The notes beneath the pieces were generated by a model. It saw nothing but the letters and a program-made list of their open reading frames with translations, was not told the origin of the DNA and did no database searches. A DNA stretch of 64,000 bases from an uncultured delta proteobacterium (lineage in GTDB: Bacteria > Myxococcota_A > Polyangia > Polyangiales > Polyangiaceae), in NCBI GenBank assembly GCA_963841435.1, contig CAWJCS010000005.1, forward strand, positions 512,001 to 576,000, read 5' to 3'. Shown one piece after another: positions 8,778-17,387 of this stretch. The position numbers and the translations under genes were made by a program. Every line of letters starts with the position of its first letter. Position 1 is the first letter of the stretch.

Positions 8778-10660
8778 TGGCGGACGAGAAAGAGCTCATC
8801 CAGAACGACATTCTCGCGTATCTCGAGCAGCACCAGGAAAAGGAGCTGCTTCGCTTCACGTCCGTCGGCTCGGTGGACGACGGTAAGTCCACGCTGATCG
8901 GCCGCCTGCTCTTCGATACGCACGGCATCTACGAGGACCAGCTGTCGGCGATGAAACGCGCGTCGACGAAGACGGGGCGCGACCTCGACCTGTCGCTGCT
9001 CACGGACGGCCTGAAGGCCGAGCGCGAGCAGGGCATCACGATCGACGTCGCTTACCGCTATTTCTCGACGGCCAAGCGAAAGTTCATCATCGCCGACACG
9101 CCGGGGCACGTCGAGTACACGCGCAATATGGCGACGGGCGCTTCGACGGCGGATCTCGCCGTGGTCCTCATCGACGCGCGGCTCGGCGTGCTCGACCAGT
9201 CGCGGCGCCACGCCTACATCGCATCGCTGCTCGGCATTCCGCACCTCGCCGTCTGCATCAACAAGATGGACCTCGTCGGCTACGACGAGAAGCGCTTCAA
9301 CGAGATCCGCTCGGTGTTCGCCGACTTCGTCGGGCAGCTCGGCTTTCGGGGCGCCGTGTTCATTCCCATCAGCGCGCTCGCGGGCGACAACGTGGTTCAT
9401 CGCACGCGCGCCATGCCCTGGTACGACGGCGTGACGCTGCTCGAGCACCTCGAAACCGTGCCCGTGGCGTCGGGGGTCAACCAAGAGAACTTCCGCTTTC
9501 CCGTGCAATCGGTGCTGCGCCCCGACCTCGACTATCGCGGCTTCTCGGGCGTGATCGCGTCGGGCGTCGTCGAGCAGGGCGACACCGTCATGGTACTGCC
9601 ATCGCGCAAAAAGAGCACGGTGGCGAGCATCGACACGTTCGAGGGCGCGTTGCCGAAGGCGTTCGCGCCCATGAGCGTCACGCTCCGGCTCGCCGACGAG
9701 GTCGACGTGAGCCGCGGTGCCATGCTCGTGCACCCGAACGATCTTCCGAGCGTCGACCAGCGCTTCGACGCCATGCTCGTGTGGATGAGCGAGCGCGCGC
9801 TCGACCGACAGAAGGGTTATCTGCTCAAGCACACGACGCAGGTCGTTCGTGCGAACGTCGAGCAGGTCGCCTACACGACGAACCTGGAAACGCTGACGCA
9901 GTCGCCCGCGAGCCTCCTCGTCTTGAACGACATCGGGCGCGTCACGATCACGTGCCACCGTCCAATCTACTTCGATCCGTACCGCCAGAACCGCGCAACG
10001 GGCGCTTTCATCCTGATCGACGCACTGACGAACAACACGGTCGCGGCCGGCATGATCCTCGCCGGGGAGGCCGCCGAGCCCTACACCGAATCGCAGCGCC
10101 CACCCGCGCTCGAGCGCCCACGCTCCTCCGTTTCGAAGGACGAGCGCAGCGAGCGCCTCGGCCAGAAGGGATGCACCGTGTGGCTCACGGGCCTGCCGGC
10201 GAGCGGTAAGACGGCGATTGCCTTCGCGCTCGAACGACGACTCTTCGACCTCAAACGCCTCGCGCTCGTGGTCGATCCGGACGACGGGCTCTCGAACGGC
10301 GTGCAGCCGGACGGCTCGAGCCCGTGGCAGACGCCGGAGCTCGCGCGCCGCTTCACCGACGCCGGCCTCATCGCGATCTTCGCGTATGCTTCGCCGATTC
10401 GCACCGATCGCGACGCGATCCGCGAGGCGGTCGGCAGCGAGCGCTTCGTCGAGGTGCACGTCTCGACGAAGCTCTCCAAGCGGCAGAAGCGCGACGCCCG
10501 CGGAGTGTACGGCCCCGGGCACGTGCACCCGAGCGAGGAGCCGCCCACGAATCCCGATCTCGTGATCGGCCTCGATGCGGCCGAGGCCGACGAGGTGGCG
10601 CTGCGCATCGTGCAGGTGCTCGTCCGGCGCGGTCTCTTGCCGTCGCTCTACTCGCTCTAG
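8777..10660 (+). CDS. cysNC: Sulfate adenylyltransferase subunit 1 fused to a divergent APS kinase-like domain
   Basis: GSVDDGKSTLIGRL, AEREQGITIDVAY, DTPGH and NKMD motifs, plus a C-terminal P-loop TGLPASGKT. Overlaps cysD via TGATG. Confidence 0.93.
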   Translation: MADEKELIQNDILAYLEQHQEKELLRFTSVGSVDDGKSTLIGRLLFDTHGIYEDQLSAMKRASTKTGRDLDLSLLTDGLKAEREQGITIDVAYRYFSTAKRKFIIADTPGHVEYTRNMATGASTADLAVVLIDARLGVLDQSRRHAYIASLLGIPHLAVCINKMDLVGYDEKRFNEIRSVFADFVGQLGFRGAVFIPISALAGDNVVHRTRAMPWYDGVTLLEHLETVPVASGVNQENFRFPVQSVLRPDLDYRGFSGVIASGVVEQGDTVMVLPSRKKSTVASIDTFEGALPKAFAPMSVTLRLADEVDVSRGAMLVHPNDLPSVDQRFDAMLVWMSERALDRQKGYLLKHTTQVVRANVEQVAYTTNLETLTQSPASLLVLNDIGRVTITCHRPIYFDPYRQNRATGAFILIDALTNNTVAAGMILAGEAAEPYTESQRPPALERPRSSVSKDERSERLGQKGCTVWLTGLPASGKTAIAFALERRLFDLKRLALVVDPDDGLSNGVQPDGSSPWQTPELARRFTDAGLIAIFAYASPIRTDRDAIREAVGSERFVEVHVSTKLSKRQKRDARGVYGPGHVHPSEEPPTNPDLVIGLDAAEADEVALRIVQVLVRRGLLPSLYSL

Positions 10661-10751
10661 CCTCGCGTTGGGCGCTCGCGGAAAAACGGGTCCTCGGGCG
10701 AACGCTGAGCGTCGCGAAGGCCGAAACGCTTGGGTCGCCGTCGGGGTCGAC

Positions 10752-10956
10752 CTAGCACTACTGTCAGAGATTCGCGTTTCCTTCGAGAAATTCGCAGATT
10801 GGCGAGCGGCGAACTTTTCGGACGGCGGCGCCCACGTCTTGCGTCCATTTCGTGCTCGAAGACGGCCGCCCGCTGGCCGCGCCAGTTGCTTTCGTGGCTC
10901 ATGTTCTCTCTGCCGAATCGTGATCTGTTCCTCCAAGACTCTGACAGTAGTGCTAG
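10752..10956. mobile_element. MITE: 197-bp core with 14-bp TIRs (CACTACTGTCAGAG) flanked by CTAG on both sides; IS701-like ends
   Basis: CCTAGCACTACTGTCAGAG at 10751-10769 is the exact reverse complement of 10939-10957. Intergenic, with no transposase. Confidence 0.75.
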
Positions 10957-10971
10957 GGCAAAGTGCACGCC

Positions 10972-11851
10972 ATGACGCGCGCCGATCCCAAGCTTCTCGG
11001 TGGACCAATCGCTTCTCGCCGCACGCTGCTCGCCGGCGCGCTGGGCACGGGCTTCGCGCTCGCCGTCGAGCCCGTGAGCGCACGCACCATCACGACGAGC
11101 AGCGCGGGCCTCGAGGCGGGCGAGGTCACGATCCCCGCGCGCGACGGTAGCGTCGCCGCGTATCGCGCCGTGCCCAAGCCCAAGGCAAAGAGCCCCGTTC
11201 TTTGCCCGCTCGTGCTCGTCGTGCACGAGATTTTCGGCGTTCACGAGCACATCGCGGATGTCTGCCGAAGGCTTGCGAAGCAGGGCTACTTCGCCGTCGC
11301 GCCGGAGCTTTTTTCGCGTCAGGGTGACGTGAAGAAGGCGGCAGGCATGGAGCAGATCCGTCCGATTGTCCAAAGCGTGCCCGATGCGCAGGTGCTCACC
11401 GATCTCGATGCCACCGTCGCCTGGGCCGTTTCCACCGGACAGGCCGACCCCGAAAAGCTCGCCATCACAGGGTTTTGCTGGGGCGGCCGCATCGTCTGGC
11501 TCTACGCCGCCCACCGCACACGGCTCAAGGCGGGCGTCGCGTGGTACGGACGTTCTCGTCGGCGACAAGGACGATCGCCACCCGCGCCAGCCGCTCGACA
11601 TCGGCGCGTCGTTGAACGCTCCCGTGCTCGGCCTGTACGGCGAAAAGGATCCGGTCATTCCCGTGGCGAGCGTCGAACAGATGCGCGCCGTGCTCGAAAA
11701 GGGCAACGCCGCGTCGAGGGCGTCCAAGATCGAGCTCTACCCGGACGCGGGGCACGCCTTCTTCGCGGACTACCGGCCGAACTACGAGCCCAAGGCAGCG
11801 GCCGACGGCTGGAAGAAGACGCTGGCCTGGCTCAAGGCGCACGGCGTCTAG
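10972..11851 (+). pseudogene. Dienelactone hydrolase family protein (Tat-like signal), +1 frameshift at ~11553 as sequenced (possibly a read error)
   Basis: [16 protein letters not shown] and AGVAWYG lie in one frame; LVGDK, LGLYG and [13 protein letters not shown] lie in the next. Deleting one T in CGTTC restores WYGRLVGDK. Confidence 0.88.
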
Positions 11852-11861
11852 CCGTCACGCG

Positions 11862-11910
11862 CCGTTCCGCAGCCGCGCGGCACCGTTCCGCAGCCGCGCG
11901 GCACCGTTCC
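11862..11910. repeat. 21-bp tandem repeat CCGTTCCGCAGCCGCGCGGCA x2.3
   Basis: Read directly, between two convergent stop codons. Confidence 0.85.
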
Positions 11911-11920
11911 CCTCACACCC

Positions 11921-12688
11921 TCAGGTCGAGCCGGCGGCGCCGCCCGTGTTGCCGCCCTGACCCGCTCCGCCCTGACCCGCGACGCCTCCCTGGCCTCCCT
12001 GGCCTCCCTGGCCGCCCATGCCTGAGCTCGCGCCCGCCGCACCGCTCTCCCCTGCCGTCGCACCGCCCTGGCCCGAGCCACTCTGTCCCGCGCCACCCTG
12101 CGCGGCGCCGCTCTGTCCGCCACCTCCCTGCCCGGCGCCGCTGTTGCCGCCGAACGCCGGGGGCGCCCCGTACGCACCACCCGTACCCATGAAGCCCGCC
12201 GTGCCACCCATCTGACCGCCCGTGCCGGCGTTGCCGGTGCCCGACATACCCGCCATGCCGCTCGCGCCGCCGCTCGTCGGGTTCACGCCGCCGACGCCGC
12301 CCGCCGGCGGACCGCCGTAAACGACGCCCGCGCCACCGAATCCGCCCGTGCCCACCGAGCCCGACGCACTGCCCGATGTGCCGGCGTCGCCGCCATTGCC
12401 GGAGGTCGCTCCTCCGTTGCCCGCGTTGCCCTGCGTGCCGCTCGAGCCCGCCTTGTTGCCCGCGCCGTCGTCGTCTTCGGAGGCGCCGCCGCAAGCCGAC
12501 GCGATGGTGCCCGCGAGCGTCGTCCCCACGACGACGAGCGCCGCGCGACTGACGCGCGGCTGCACGAGGCCGGGCGACCGCGTTCTTCCCACGGCGTCGA
12601 GCAACTGCCCGCAGAAGGGGCAGCGGCTCGCGCGAACGAGCACGTGGCGGCTGCAAGCGGGGCACGGCAAATAGCGGGCTTTCGTCAT
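11921..12688 (-). CDS. Putative radical SAM substrate: zinc-ribbon leader lipoprotein with Gly-rich body and two YGxPP motifs
   Basis: CPACSRHV...CPFCG, a hydrophobic segment and IASA-C lipobox, then VYGGPP and AYGAPP. ATGA overlap with the rSAM stop. Confidence 0.75.
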   Translation of the reverse strand: MTKARYLPCPACSRHVLVRASRCPFCGQLLDAVGRTRSPGLVQPRVSRAALVVVGTTLAGTIASACGGASEDDDGAGNKAGSSGTQGNAGNGGATSGNGGDAGTSGSASGSVGTGGFGGAGVVYGGPPAGGVGGVNPTSGGASGMAGMSGTGNAGTGGQMGGTAGFMGTGGAYGAPPAFGGNSGAGQGGGGQSGAAQGGAGQSGSGQGGATAGESGAAGASSGMGGQGGQGGQGGVAGQGGAGQGGNTGGAAGST

Positions 12689-14031
12689 GAGTCGATCTCC
12701 CTCGATTCCGGCGCGGTGCTGCTCGCCGGTAGGTCTTCCAGGATCAGCCGGAAGCGCCCGGCGTCGAAAGGCAGGCCGGGCGCCGCTTCGACACGCTCGA
12801 TCCGCTCGCGCTGGCCGGCGCGCTGGAGCTCGAGGGTGCGGTGGTGGCAAAACGGATTGTTGCCTGGTTTACCGAGCAGCGTATCGCCCATCCACGTGCA
12901 GCCGGCGCGGCAGGTGTCGGCGTAGTAGCAGGTCCGGCAAAATCCCCAGAGGTCGTCAACCGTGCGATCGCGCGTGTAGCGGATCGGACCGCCACGCTCC
13001 CAGATGTCGCGGAGGCTCGCGTCGCGCACGTTGCCAGCCGCCCACTTCTCCGTGGGCAAGGACGGGCAGCCTTTGACGGTGCCGTCCGCTTCGATGCCCA
13101 TCAGCGTCTGGCCGGCACCGCAACCGCGCCCGTGACCGTCGGGCATCCACGCCGCGATCAGTGCCTCGTACGGTCCGAAATAGCCGAGGCTGTTGCCGCG
13201 CCAGATGAACACGCCGGCCCGGTCGGCGCGCTCCTTGAGCTTCGGCAAAAGCGGGAACAACTCGAGCAGATCGTAGGGCTGGAGCAGCACCTCCGGCTCG
13301 TTGACGGCGCGCCCCATGGGGATCGTGAGCTGGAGCTGCCAGGCGCGCGAACCGTGCTCGATCATGAGCTCGAGCTCTTCCGGCAGATCCGGCAGCGTGA
13401 GGCGATTGATCTGGGTGTTGTTGTTGACGTTGATGCCCGCGGCGCGAAGGTTGTCCATGGCGTCGAGCGCCGCGCGAAAGGACCCCGTGACGCCGCGCAG
13501 CCGATCGTGCGTCGCCTCCAGGCCGTCGAGCGAGACGGAAGCATCGCGGAGCCCTGCGCCAAACGCCGCGCGCGCCCGCTCGAACGTCATGCCGCGGCCG
13601 CCGGTCGTGAGGTTTGGCAGCATACCGTGCGCCGTGATCGCATGAATGACGTCGATCCAATCGTCGCGCAGGTAGGCTTCGCCGCCGATGAGCGAGACCT
13701 CCTTCACGCCGAGCTCGGCGAGCTCGCGCACGAGCGAGAGACACTCTGCCGTCGAGAGCTCGTCGGGTCGCGCCTTGCCGGCGCGCGAGCCGCAATGTTG
13801 ACAGGCGAGGTCGCAGGCGAGCGTGAGCTCCCACACGCAGTAGATCGGCCGCACGGCGTTGACGGCGCGCACGTCGGAGGCGAGAGGCAGGTTGCGCTTC
13901 GCCTTGGGCGCGAGCGGCGCGAGCTTGAGCGCGCGCGGTCGCTCGGCGTCGAGCAAGGCGCTACGCCGCGCCGGGCCGAGGGGATCGGGTCCGCTCTCGG
14001 CCGAGGCTTTCGCTGCGCGGGGGTCGGTCAC
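12685..14031 (-). CDS. Radical SAM/SPASM peptide maturase, PlpX/splicease-like
   Basis: VWELTLACDLACQHCGSRAG, LIGGEAYLR, NTQINR, WQLQLTIPMG, LLQPY and GNSLGYFGPYE motifs. SPASM cysteines: C..G...IEADGTVKGCPSL and CxxC-x5-CxxxC. Confidence 0.9.
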   Translation of the reverse strand: MTDPRAAKASAESGPDPLGPARRSALLDAERPRALKLAPLAPKAKRNLPLASDVRAVNAVRPIYCVWELTLACDLACQHCGSRAGKARPDELSTAECLSLVRELAELGVKEVSLIGGEAYLRDDWIDVIHAITAHGMLPNLTTGGRGMTFERARAAFGAGLRDASVSLDGLEATHDRLRGVTGSFRAALDAMDNLRAAGINVNNNTQINRLTLPDLPEELELMIEHGSRAWQLQLTIPMGRAVNEPEVLLQPYDLLELFPLLPKLKERADRAGVFIWRGNSLGYFGPYEALIAAWMPDGHGRGCGAGQTLMGIEADGTVKGCPSLPTEKWAAGNVRDASLRDIWERGGPIRYTRDRTVDDLWGFCRTCYYADTCRAGCTWMGDTLLGKPGNNPFCHHRTLELQRAGQRERIERVEAAPGLPFDAGRFRLILEDLPASSTAPESREIDS

Positions 14032-14174
14032 GATGAGCCCCCCTTGGAAGCAAGACGCGAGCCACGCCGGGCACGAGCGTAGGCGACTGAAATCGTTGCA
14101 GGTCCGAACAACGCGCTTGTGTCAGCCTGTGCCACCGCTGCCACCGTCGCCCCTCGCTGAGACTGCGCCGGCCG

Positions 14175-15020
14175 CTACTGGGGAATGGAGTCTTTGGCAG
14201 GCCGGGCGCGCACGGCGCCGCGAATGGCCGCCGTGAGCGGGTTGTCGTTCGGACGCGCCTCGGTGGCTTTCGGGCGCGCGGGCTCCGCGGGCTTGGGCGC
14301 GGGCTTCGGCTTGGCGGGCGCCGGCGCGTCGTCAAGCGAGACCTTGGCGGCTCTGGCCGAGCCGGTGCCCGAGCGCGGGGCGGCGGCGGCGCGCGCCGGA
14401 GCCGGGGACTCGGCGGATGAGGATACCTTCTGCCCCTGGACAGGCAGCGAATCGAGCGACACAGGGCTCAGGCTCTCGGGCGCGGCGGGAGCGAGCGCAC
14501 TGAACGGAATCGGTACGAGAGCCGTCGACTCCGGAGATGGGGCCGGCGCTTGCACGACAGCGGGAGCTGCGGCGGGTGGGGCGGCGATCGGAGCGGCCGC
14601 GGCTTCGGCTGGAGGGCTCACGACGGCCGGACGCTCTGCGCCCGGCGGGGACGCCGCGACGGGTGGTGCCACTGGAAGGTCTGCAGGGTCCGCGGTCGCC
14701 GGCTCCGTGCCGGCAAGCACCGGCTCCATCGAGCGCGGTGTGCCCCAGCCGGGACTGCCGACGAGATACTGCTCGGCAGCGAGGTAGCGCTTCTCCTGGC
14801 CGGCACGCTTCGCGAGATCCCGAAACACGTCGTTACGGTAGAGGGCCGCGATGGAGCCGGCGATCGCGGCGGCGACCAGCAGCTGGCGCACGAAGTAGTA
14901 GCCGCGCGGCGCACGCTCTGCGTAGCGCGATGGGCGACCCATCGCCGCGTACTGGTCGTACAGGTCGGGAAGCGATGCCACGAGCAAACAATCGTACCAC
15001 GAGGAGCCGTCGGCTCGCAC
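14175..15020 (-). CDS. Hypothetical membrane-anchored Pro/Ala-rich protein (start uncertain)
   Basis: N-terminal TM segment (QLLVAAAIAGSIAALY) followed by a low-complexity tail. Confidence 0.55.
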   Translation of the reverse strand: MRADGSSWYDCLLVASLPDLYDQYAAMGRPSRYAERAPRGYYFVRQLLVAAAIAGSIAALYRNDVFRDLAKRAGQEKRYLAAEQYLVGSPGWGTPRSMEPVLAGTEPATADPADLPVAPPVAASPPGAERPAVVSPPAEAAAAPIAAPPAAAPAVVQAPAPSPESTALVPIPFSALAPAAPESLSPVSLDSLPVQGQKVSSSAESPAPARAAAAPRSGTGSARAAKVSLDDAPAPAKPKPAPKPAEPARPKATEARPNDNPLTAAIRGAVRARPAKDSIPQ

Positions 15021-15112
15021 CCCTGCCCGATCGGCGCCATTTTCGTCAACCGCTTCGCGAACGTGGGGCGCTTACCGAAGCACCCGAGATCATTGGCGGC
15101 ACGACGGGGACG

Positions 15113-15874
15113 TCAGCGGTTCACGACGAGCTCGATCTTGGAGGCGGGCGCGACCTTTTCGCCCGCGCCTGGCTTCTGGTTCAGGACCACGTAGGTCGGC
15201 GTCTCGGCCATCGACACCCAGCGGAAAGTGGCCTCGAGCCCGAGCTTTTCGAGCTCGGTCTTCGCCTTGCTGACGGAGAACCCTGCGAGCTTCGGCACGG
15301 CAACGTCACCGGGCCCCGCCGATACGTCGACGCTGATCGTCTTGCCCTTCTCGAGCACTGAATCGGCGTCGGGCGACTGCTTGACGATCTGTCCGGCCGG
15401 GACCTTCGCGTCGGCGATGGGTGGGTTCGCGGCGAGCTTGTAGCCGAGCTCCTCGACACGTCTCGTCGCGTTGACCACCGTGAGCCCGGCGAGCGCGGGA
15501 ACCTTGGGCGGCGCGTCCGCAATCACCACGCTCACGGGGTGCTCGCGCGGCACGTTCTGGCCGGCGGGAATCGACTGGCGCACCACGGTGCCCGGCCGCG
15601 CTTCCGCGCTCGGCTCGTGAGACCCGACGAGCAGGACGATGTGCGACGCTTGCGCGTTGGTGCGCGCGTCGGCCTCGTTGAAGCCGCGCAGATCCGGAAC
15701 GACCGTCTCGGCCACGGGCTCCGGGTGGTGAAACACGTTGAAGCGCTCGATCACGTAGACCGTGCCCGCAGCCGTCACCGCGGCCGTGAAAAACGCGATC
15801 AAGAACGCCGTGGAGCCGTGCACGCCCGTCGCCTCCGGTCGCTGGTAGATTTCGTCCCAGTCATCGCGTCCCAA
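15113..15874 (-). CDS. PASTA domain protein (three repeats, N-terminal TM)
   Basis: VPDLRG...GTVVRQS, VPALAG...GQIVKQSP and VPKLAG...VLNQKP repeats. Confidence 0.85.
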   Translation of the reverse strand: MGRDDWDEIYQRPEATGVHGSTAFLIAFFTAAVTAAGTVYVIERFNVFHHPEPVAETVVPDLRGFNEADARTNAQASHIVLLVGSHEPSAEARPGTVVRQSIPAGQNVPREHPVSVVIADAPPKVPALAGLTVVNATRRVEELGYKLAANPPIADAKVPAGQIVKQSPDADSVLEKGKTISVDVSAGPGDVAVPKLAGFSVSKAKTELEKLGLEATFRWVSMAETPTYVVLNQKPGAGEKVAPASKIELVVNR

Positions 15875-16034
15875 GCCTCGTCACTCTACTCCGAGCAACG
15901 CCGCGCGGGAAAGCCGCTTCGATTCGCGACCTCGCGGGCTCACGAGGGTCTCGACGCCGCGCGCTGAGGACGCCCAAATCGGCCGCGAACGACGCGCTCG
16001 CCACCGATCGCGCCGGCAGCGGGCGCGACGGGCT

Positions 16035-17123
16035 TCAGCGCTGCGCCCGCCTGCGCCGACGAGCCGTACGCCGACGTCCGACGACGAAACCACCGAGCGC
16101 GAGCGCACCAAAAAAGGCGAGCCGCGAGCTTTGCCGCGCGCCCGCGACGCGACAGCCGCAACCGGCCTGGTCGTCTGCCGTGGCAGGCGCGGCGGTCGAA
16201 CCGCTGCCCGACGACCCGCCCGTGACGGCGCCGCCCGAGCCGAGCGGAGCCGTGCCGCTGGACCCGGCGGTTCCAGCGCTGCCGCCGACGCCCGCGCCGA
16301 TCGTGCCGCCGGTGCTGACGCCGCCGCCCGCGGCGATGCCACCCTGACCGCTCGCACCGCTCATGCCGCCGATGCCGCCGATATCGACACCGGTGCCGCC
16401 GAGCCCACCACCGCCGAGCCCACCCTGGCCGCCGTCACCGGCACCGCCCGCACCCGCGCCGCCTGCGCCTGCACCGGCCGTCGCGGCACCCCCATCGCCA
16501 CCCGATTGCCCGCCCGCACCGCTCGCGCCACCGGCGCTCATGCCGCCGGCCCCCGACGCACCCCCAATCGAGATGATCGCACAGTGATGGTAGAAACACG
16601 GCGCCGCATGGCTCGACATGAACTCGATCACTTGCAGCGTGCAGTGGTCGCACGTCACGTCGCTCGGCAGCGTGACGGCGATCGTCTGCGGTCCGCTGAA
16701 GGCCATGGTGTGCTCGAGCATGCCGTCGGCGAGGACCGGAAAGACCGCCGGGTCCTGGACGGGGACGCTCCCACAGGCCGTTGCACCGGCTGTGACGGGT
16801 GGCTCGGCTGGCAGCTCGCTCGCATCGTTGACGGCGAGGGCAACGCGGTAGTGACCCGGGTGGGTGACCTTCTCGTCGATCGTGATCATGATGGTCTCGC
16901 CAGCCTGGTACGGCGTGACGGCGTTGGTCGGTGTGGGGTTGCCCTCGTTCCCGCAGGGACCCATCTTCTGAGGACTGCCCATCAGGTCCTGCTCCGCCCA
17001 GCTCTCGGGTGACATGAGCTGAAAGTGCGCGTGCGCCGTGCCGGCCACCGCCGTGAGACAAAGCGCAATGGCCCCGCCGGCGAGCTGCCGGCCGATGGTT
17101 CGTGTGGGCGCGAAGCGGGACAT
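16035..17123 (-). CDS. Polysaccharide monooxygenase-like (His-brace) secreted protein with Gly-rich stalk and MYXO-CTERM
   Basis: Signal peptide AHA|H gives an N-terminal His. HPGHYRVAL, CDHCTLQ and YHHC motifs. Tail is GCGCRV + TM + RRR. Confidence 0.75.
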   Translation of the reverse strand: MSRFAPTRTIGRQLAGGAIALCLTAVAGTAHAHFQLMSPESWAEQDLMGSPQKMGPCGNEGNPTPTNAVTPYQAGETIMITIDEKVTHPGHYRVALAVNDASELPAEPPVTAGATACGSVPVQDPAVFPVLADGMLEHTMAFSGPQTIAVTLPSDVTCDHCTLQVIEFMSSHAAPCFYHHCAIISIGGASGAGGMSAGGASGAGGQSGGDGGAATAGAGAGGAGAGGAGDGGQGGLGGGGLGGTGVDIGGIGGMSGASGQGGIAAGGGVSTGGTIGAGVGGSAGTAGSSGTAPLGSGGAVTGGSSGSGSTAAPATADDQAGCGCRVAGARQSSRLAFFGALALGGFVVGRRRTARRRRRAQR

Positions 17124-17316
17124 GATTGAATACTCCTCGTGTCGCGCTGGACGACGAACGTCGACCAGGCGCCCAAGCATACGGCAAAGGTTTGGATGGA
17201 GAAGCCGGCGACTGCGCTTCTCGTAAAGTGGATCCGGGGCGGATTTTTCGGCTATCCGCGGCGCTTTTTCGCACCGTGCCAACGAGGCGAGAAATCGAGC
17301 ACAATCGCCACGACCT

Positions 17317-17333
17317 TTGGCACGAGCAAAGCA
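17317..17333 (+). promoter_or_regulatory. Candidate sigma54 -24/-12 promoter (TTGGCACG...GC)
   Basis: GG at 17319-20 and GC at 17331-32 are separated by exactly 10 nt, 55 bp upstream of the RlmN-like start. The -12 box is AAGC rather than TTGC. Confidence 0.35.
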
Positions 17334-17387
17334 CTGCCTCGGATTTTTCGAGACCGACACTAATCCAGAGTAGTAGTAGCGGTCCCA

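Noticed and set aside
8621-11083. Long antisense ORFs (also 108-1997, 35379-37016, 45671-47392 and others)
   Set aside because: Typical stop-poor antisense frames of high-GC genes, with no recognisable motifs.
11862-11910. Possible CRISPR repeats
   Set aside because: The repeats are contiguous with no spacers, and there are no cas genes in the window.
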